Shown piece after piece: positions 60,573 to 64,000 of a stretch of DNA of 64,000 nt. The stretch covers positions 34,410 to 98,409 of the forward strand of contig CALFVX010000015.1 in the NCBI GenBank assembly GCA_937928765.1, written 5' to 3'. The stretch's first letter is position 1; every line of letters starts with the position of its first letter. This DNA comes from an uncultured Endomicrobiia bacterium (lineage in GTDB: Bacteria > Elusimicrobiota > Endomicrobiia > DTEH01). The position numbers and the translations under genes were made by a program. Under the pieces are notes generated by a model. That model was not told the DNA's origin. It saw only the letters and a list, made by a program, of their open reading frames with translations, and made no database searches.

Positions 60573-62623
60573 ATTTTTTTCCTTTTATTAAAAAATTCTT
60601 GAACTGAAGAAAAATCTGTAGTTATCATACATCTTGGCAGAGATTTTAAAAAATATTTTCCATACCATCTTGTTTTTAACCTTGGATCTAATATACTTAT
60701 TATTCCCCAGTCAGTTTTTCTTCTTACTAATCTGCCAAATCCTTGTTTAAGTTTTATTATAGCATTGGGTAATAAATATTCTTTAAACGGATCTTTGCCC
60801 TCAAGTTTTATTTTTTCTACTTTTGCTTCAACTAAAGGATGTTCTGGAACATCAAACGGAAGTTTTGGAATAATTATAGAAATTAATTTTTCTCCAGGTA
60901 TGTCCACTCCTTGCCAAAAAGTATCTACACCAAATAATACACTGTTTTCTGTTGATTTATATTTTTCTATTAATTTATATTTCCCCTCAGTTTGAATAAA
61001 AATTTTAAATTTTGAATCTATATTTTCATAAACCCAATTCATTAATCCAAAACTTGTAAATAAAACAAAAGTATTTCCTGATGTAAGATTTATTAGTTCT
61101 TTTATAATTTTATTAATTAAAATTTTATACTCTTCATATTCTTCTTTAGGATTGGGAACATTATCAGGTAGATACAAAACTACATTTTTTTCAAAATCAA
61201 ATGGAAAATCTAAAATTAACTCCTCTACTAAACTTGATTCTGGTAAGATTACAGGCAACAATCCTACAGATTTTTTAAAAAATTCAAAATTATTATAAAC
61301 AGTTAAAGTAGCTGAAGTAAAAACAATCTTTTCATATAAAGAATATACTTTGGTTTGCATTTCATTTGCTACTTCTAAAGGTGTTATTCTTAAAGTTATT
61401 TTTAAGCTTTTTCTTTTTGTTTCTTCTTTTTCTATCCAATAAATATAATTTTTTATATCTTCACACTTTAACCATAAGGAAATTATAGAAATAAAACTAA
61501 TAATTCTTTTAATAAACACATTAATTCTAAAAAATTCCTCATCAGTAGAAACATAATTTCTTGCTGACTTTAAAATATTCAAAAGCTCAGCTAAAGCAGA
61601 AGTTAACACATCATCAACTATATTTGGTGTAAAAACCTTTATTTCTTTCCTATCAGATGGAATCTTTAAGTTTAGATCAACAAAAAATTGTTCCAAACAG
61701 GCAACTAAGTTTGATACAGCATCTTGAATATTTTTTATAATTTTATCTTGTAAGGATTTTAACCTAGTTATAAGCCCTCTTTGTTTTTTAGGATTATATA
61801 TTTGATTACATAAAAATTTTATTTGCGTATTTGAAACTTCAACACCTAACCACTGAAGAATTACATTTTGTAAATTATGTGCTTCATCAAATATAATTAT
61901 ATCTTCAGCATCTTTGTCATTCTTAGGTATTAATTTTCCTGAATAAAGAATATTAGCAAAAAATAGATGGTGATTAACTATGACAAAATCCATTTTTTTT
62001 ATTTTCTTTATATTTCTATAATAAAAACATTGGTCATAGAACTTGCAATGTTTACTTCTACAAAGGTCAACTTCACGATTAATCTCTTGCCAAAAAATTA
62101 AATCTATATCTAACTCTTCAAAACAACCTGTATCAGTATAATTTAACCATTCTTCTACTTTAGAAAGATTTATTAATTCATCTATACTCAAAAGTCCTTT
62201 TTTAAATTCAAAATATTTATTAAGACAAATATAATTTTCGCTTCCATAAAAACACATATATTTTATCTCATAATTATAAAGTTTTTGAGAAATTTTATTT
62301 AACAAAGGTAGATCTTTCTTTAGAAGTTGTTGTTGTAATGTTTTAGTATAAGTTGAAACAATTACTCTAATCTCATCCTTTTTTTCTTTCAGATACACCA
62401 ACGAAGCTACAAGATAACCTAAACTTTTTCCCACACCAGTTGGTGCTTCAACTATTATTCTTTTATTATTTAATAAACTATGATAAATTTTTTTTGCCAT
62501 TATAATTTGCTGTTCTCTAAATTCAAAGTCTGGTATTATTTCTTTTAATAAAAAAGAAAAAATTTGTGTTATAACATTTTCTGAAGAATCTTTTGATGAC
62601 GATAAGATTTTAGGAGAGTTCAT
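60569..62623 (-). CDS. ATP-dependent DNA helicase, DinG/Rad3-like (Fe-S helicase)
   Basis: 684 aa; Walker A APTGVGKS, DEAH box IIIFDEAHNL, 4-Cys Fe-S insertion (C...C..C...C), C-terminal helicase motifs (GR..R). Confidence 0.8.
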   Translation of the reverse strand: MNSPKILSSSKDSSENVITQIFSFLLKEIIPDFEFREQQIIMAKKIYHSLLNNKRIIVEAPTGVGKSLGYLVASLVYLKEKKDEIRVIVSTYTKTLQQQLLKKDLPLLNKISQKLYNYEIKYMCFYGSENYICLNKYFEFKKGLLSIDELINLSKVEEWLNYTDTGCFEELDIDLIFWQEINREVDLCRSKHCKFYDQCFYYRNIKKIKKMDFVIVNHHLFFANILYSGKLIPKNDKDAEDIIIFDEAHNLQNVILQWLGVEVSNTQIKFLCNQIYNPKKQRGLITRLKSLQDKIIKNIQDAVSNLVACLEQFFVDLNLKIPSDRKEIKVFTPNIVDDVLTSALAELLNILKSARNYVSTDEEFFRINVFIKRIISFISIISLWLKCEDIKNYIYWIEKEETKRKSLKITLRITPLEVANEMQTKVYSLYEKIVFTSATLTVYNNFEFFKKSVGLLPVILPESSLVEELILDFPFDFEKNVVLYLPDNVPNPKEEYEEYKILINKIIKELINLTSGNTFVLFTSFGLMNWVYENIDSKFKIFIQTEGKYKLIEKYKSTENSVLFGVDTFWQGVDIPGEKLISIIIPKLPFDVPEHPLVEAKVEKIKLEGKDPFKEYLLPNAIIKLKQGFGRLVRRKTDWGIISILDPRLKTRWYGKYFLKSLPRCMITTDFSSVQEFFNKRKKI

Positions 62624-63099
62624 TTTTCTAACGACTTTATCACAGGAATTTCTTTACATTCCATAAAAAATGGACAATTAATACATTCAGTCCATACTTT
62701 ATGAGGCAATTCCTCTCTTGGGATTATTTGGTATCCTAACTTTTTAAAAAATTCTGATACAAAGGTTAAAGCAAAAATTTTTTTTACACCTAACTTTTTT
62801 GCTTCTTTTTCAATAGTAAAAACCAATTTGCTTCCCAACCCTTTAGCTTGAAAATTTTCTTCAACAGCTAAAGATCTTATCTCTGCTAAAACTTCTTCAT
62901 TTTTTCCTGTCCAAGTAAGATGTATCGCAGCACAACCTATAACTTCTTTATTTTTACGAATAACAAAAAATTCTGATAATCTCTCATATATGTCATTTAT
63001 AACCCTCGGCAACATAAAATTTTTTTTTGCAAATTTGTTAACAAGTTTATATATTTGTGGAACATCAGAAACTTTTGCTTTTTCTATCTTATATTTCAT
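62620..63099 (-). CDS. GNAT-family N-acetyltransferase
   Basis: 159 aa; acetyl-CoA-binding motif ...LAVEENFQAKGLGSKLV... (Q/R-x-x-G-x-G/A), with C-terminal Cys cluster (CINCPFFMEC). Confidence 0.7.
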   Translation of the reverse strand: MKYKIEKAKVSDVPQIYKLVNKFAKKNFMLPRVINDIYERLSEFFVIRKNKEVIGCAAIHLTWTGKNEEVLAEIRSLAVEENFQAKGLGSKLVFTIEKEAKKLGVKKIFALTFVSEFFKKLGYQIIPREELPHKVWTECINCPFFMECKEIPVIKSLEK

Positions 63100-63103
63100 A
63101 ATA

Positions 63104-63649
63104 TTATTCTAAAGCATTTAAAGCTTTTAGATTTGTTTGTAATACTTTTTTATTCTTGCTAAAAATTTTTTCTAAAGTTATCTTTATACTATCAATTTTA
63201 AATATTTTTGTTTCCTTTAATACTGCTGACAACATAACTATATTAGACACAACAGTAGAACCAATTTTGTTTGCAATTTCTGTTGCAGAAACTTTTATTA
63301 TCTTTAAATTTTTTGGATAATTTTTTATAAGATCTTTTATATCTTCTTTTTCTTCTATTAAAGAAGAATTTAGAAATAAAAATTTTTGTGGTAAAAATTT
63401 TCTTACAAATTTTAAATATGACGGCAAATTCATTATAATCATAATAGTAGGATTTTCTACTATAGGTGAATATATAAATCTGTCTGAAATTTTTACCATA
63501 CAACTAGCAGTACCACCTCTTACTTCTGCACCATAGGAAGGATAATATGTAGCATACTTATCTTCTTGCAAAGATGTATATACTAAAATTTTACCTAATG
63601 ACAAAATCCCTTGTCCACCACTTCCTGCTATGAATATTTCTTCATACAT
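63104..63649 (-). CDS. 2-oxoacid:ferredoxin (acceptor) oxidoreductase gamma subunit
   Basis: 181 aa; IFIAGSGGQGILSLGKIL...YPSYGAEVRGG matches PorC/OorC gamma subunits. Confidence 0.85.
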   Translation of the reverse strand: MYEEIFIAGSGGQGILSLGKILVYTSLQEDKYATYYPSYGAEVRGGTASCMVKISDRFIYSPIVENPTIMIIMNLPSYLKFVRKFLPQKFLFLNSSLIEEKEDIKDLIKNYPKNLKIIKVSATEIANKIGSTVVSNIVMLSAVLKETKIFKIDSIKITLEKIFSKNKKVLQTNLKALNALE

Positions 63650-64000
63650 CTTTAATTACTCCTAAAGGGAAATATTTAACAAGTTCATTTTCAATCCATT
63701 CAATGCTTTCAACAGGAGATTTATGTAATCCAGATGGACACATTGACAAAATCTCTACTAAAGAAAATCCTTTGTTCTCAATTTGATTAACAAATGCTTT
63801 TTTAATATAAGATTTTGTCAATGCTACATTTTTAGGATTTGTAACAGCTCCTCTTGCGAGATATTTTGTGCCTTCAATAACACTAAGCAATTCACAAACT
63901 TTTAAAGGATAACCATCTTTATAAATTTCTCTTCCATATGGGGTAGTCAATGTTTTTTGTCCTAAAATCGTTGTAGGTGCCATTTGTCCCGAAGTCATAC
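63642..64000 (-). CDS. 2-oxoacid:ferredoxin oxidoreductase beta subunit (partial, N-terminus beyond window end)
   Basis: C-terminal part of a TPP-binding beta subunit (…ARGAVTNPKNVALTKSYIKKAF…GFSLVEILSMCPSG…). The ORF is open to the window edge. The Met at 63998 is probably internal. Confidence 0.7.
   Translation of the reverse strand, partial: MTSGQMAPTTILGQKTLTTPYGREIYKDGYPLKVCELLSVIEGTKYLARGAVTNPKNVALTKSYIKKAFVNQIENKGFSLVEILSMCPSGLHKSPVESIEWIENELVKYFPLGVIKDV

Noticed and set aside
1-64000. CRISPR arrays, tRNA or rRNA genes, transposases or integrases, prophage genes, toxin-antitoxin pairs.
   Set aside because: No spacer-repeat periodicity was seen. No intergenic region exceeds 275 bp. 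No protein carries DDE transposase, tyrosine or serine recombinase, or phage structural signatures. The window appears to be core chromosome.

Overview
The window is visibly AT-rich (lysine-, isoleucine- and asparagine-rich proteins), almost entirely coding, and reads as the core chromosome of a diderm bacterium. No transposases, integrases, CRISPR arrays, tRNA or rRNA genes are evident. About 59 of 65 genes lie on the minus strand, and many starts are ATGA or short overlaps with the preceding stop. Left to right: a long array glyS(partial)-glyQ-recO-mgtE-ybeX-ybeX'-ybeY-7TM/HD-phoH-aspS; an archaeal-type thymidylate-synthase-like gene; an LPS inner-core and lipid A block (hldD, DUF3108-like, gmhB, lpxK, lpxL-like, NodB deacetylase, GT4, two divergent ArnT-like GT83 genes, O-antigen-ligase-like); an RNase H-like gene and nifU-like gene; trpF-trpC-trpD-[275 bp gap]-trpG-trpE; hisI-hisA; accC-accB; ppdK; UXS-ugd-Wzz-like-SPFH; a stand-alone HNH endonuclease; an outer-membrane barrel protein; a plus-strand block of PAC2-like, half-size UPF0016, parA and parB genes plus a secreted protein; pyrK-pyrC-pyrB-pyrR; a division/cell-wall cluster murG-ftsW-murD-mraY-murF-murE-ftsI-ftsL-rsmH-mraZ with phased MraZ boxes upstream; then nfo, a DinG-like helicase, a GNAT acetyltransferase, and the gamma subunit and beta C-terminus of an oorDABC-type 2-oxoacid:ferredoxin oxidoreductase. 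I see no obvious novel multi-gene defence or mobile system. The most unusual point is that the biotin carrier protein carries Arg in place of the biotinylated Lys (ETMRI for EAMKM). Other points worth a second look: a putative lipid A amino-sugar modification locus, an archaeal-type thymidylate synthase, an unexplained 275 bp non-coding gap inside the trp operon, and the inverted PAC2-parAB block with a palindromic operator-like repeat. All protein identifications rest on recalled motifs and remembered homologue alignments, not database searches.
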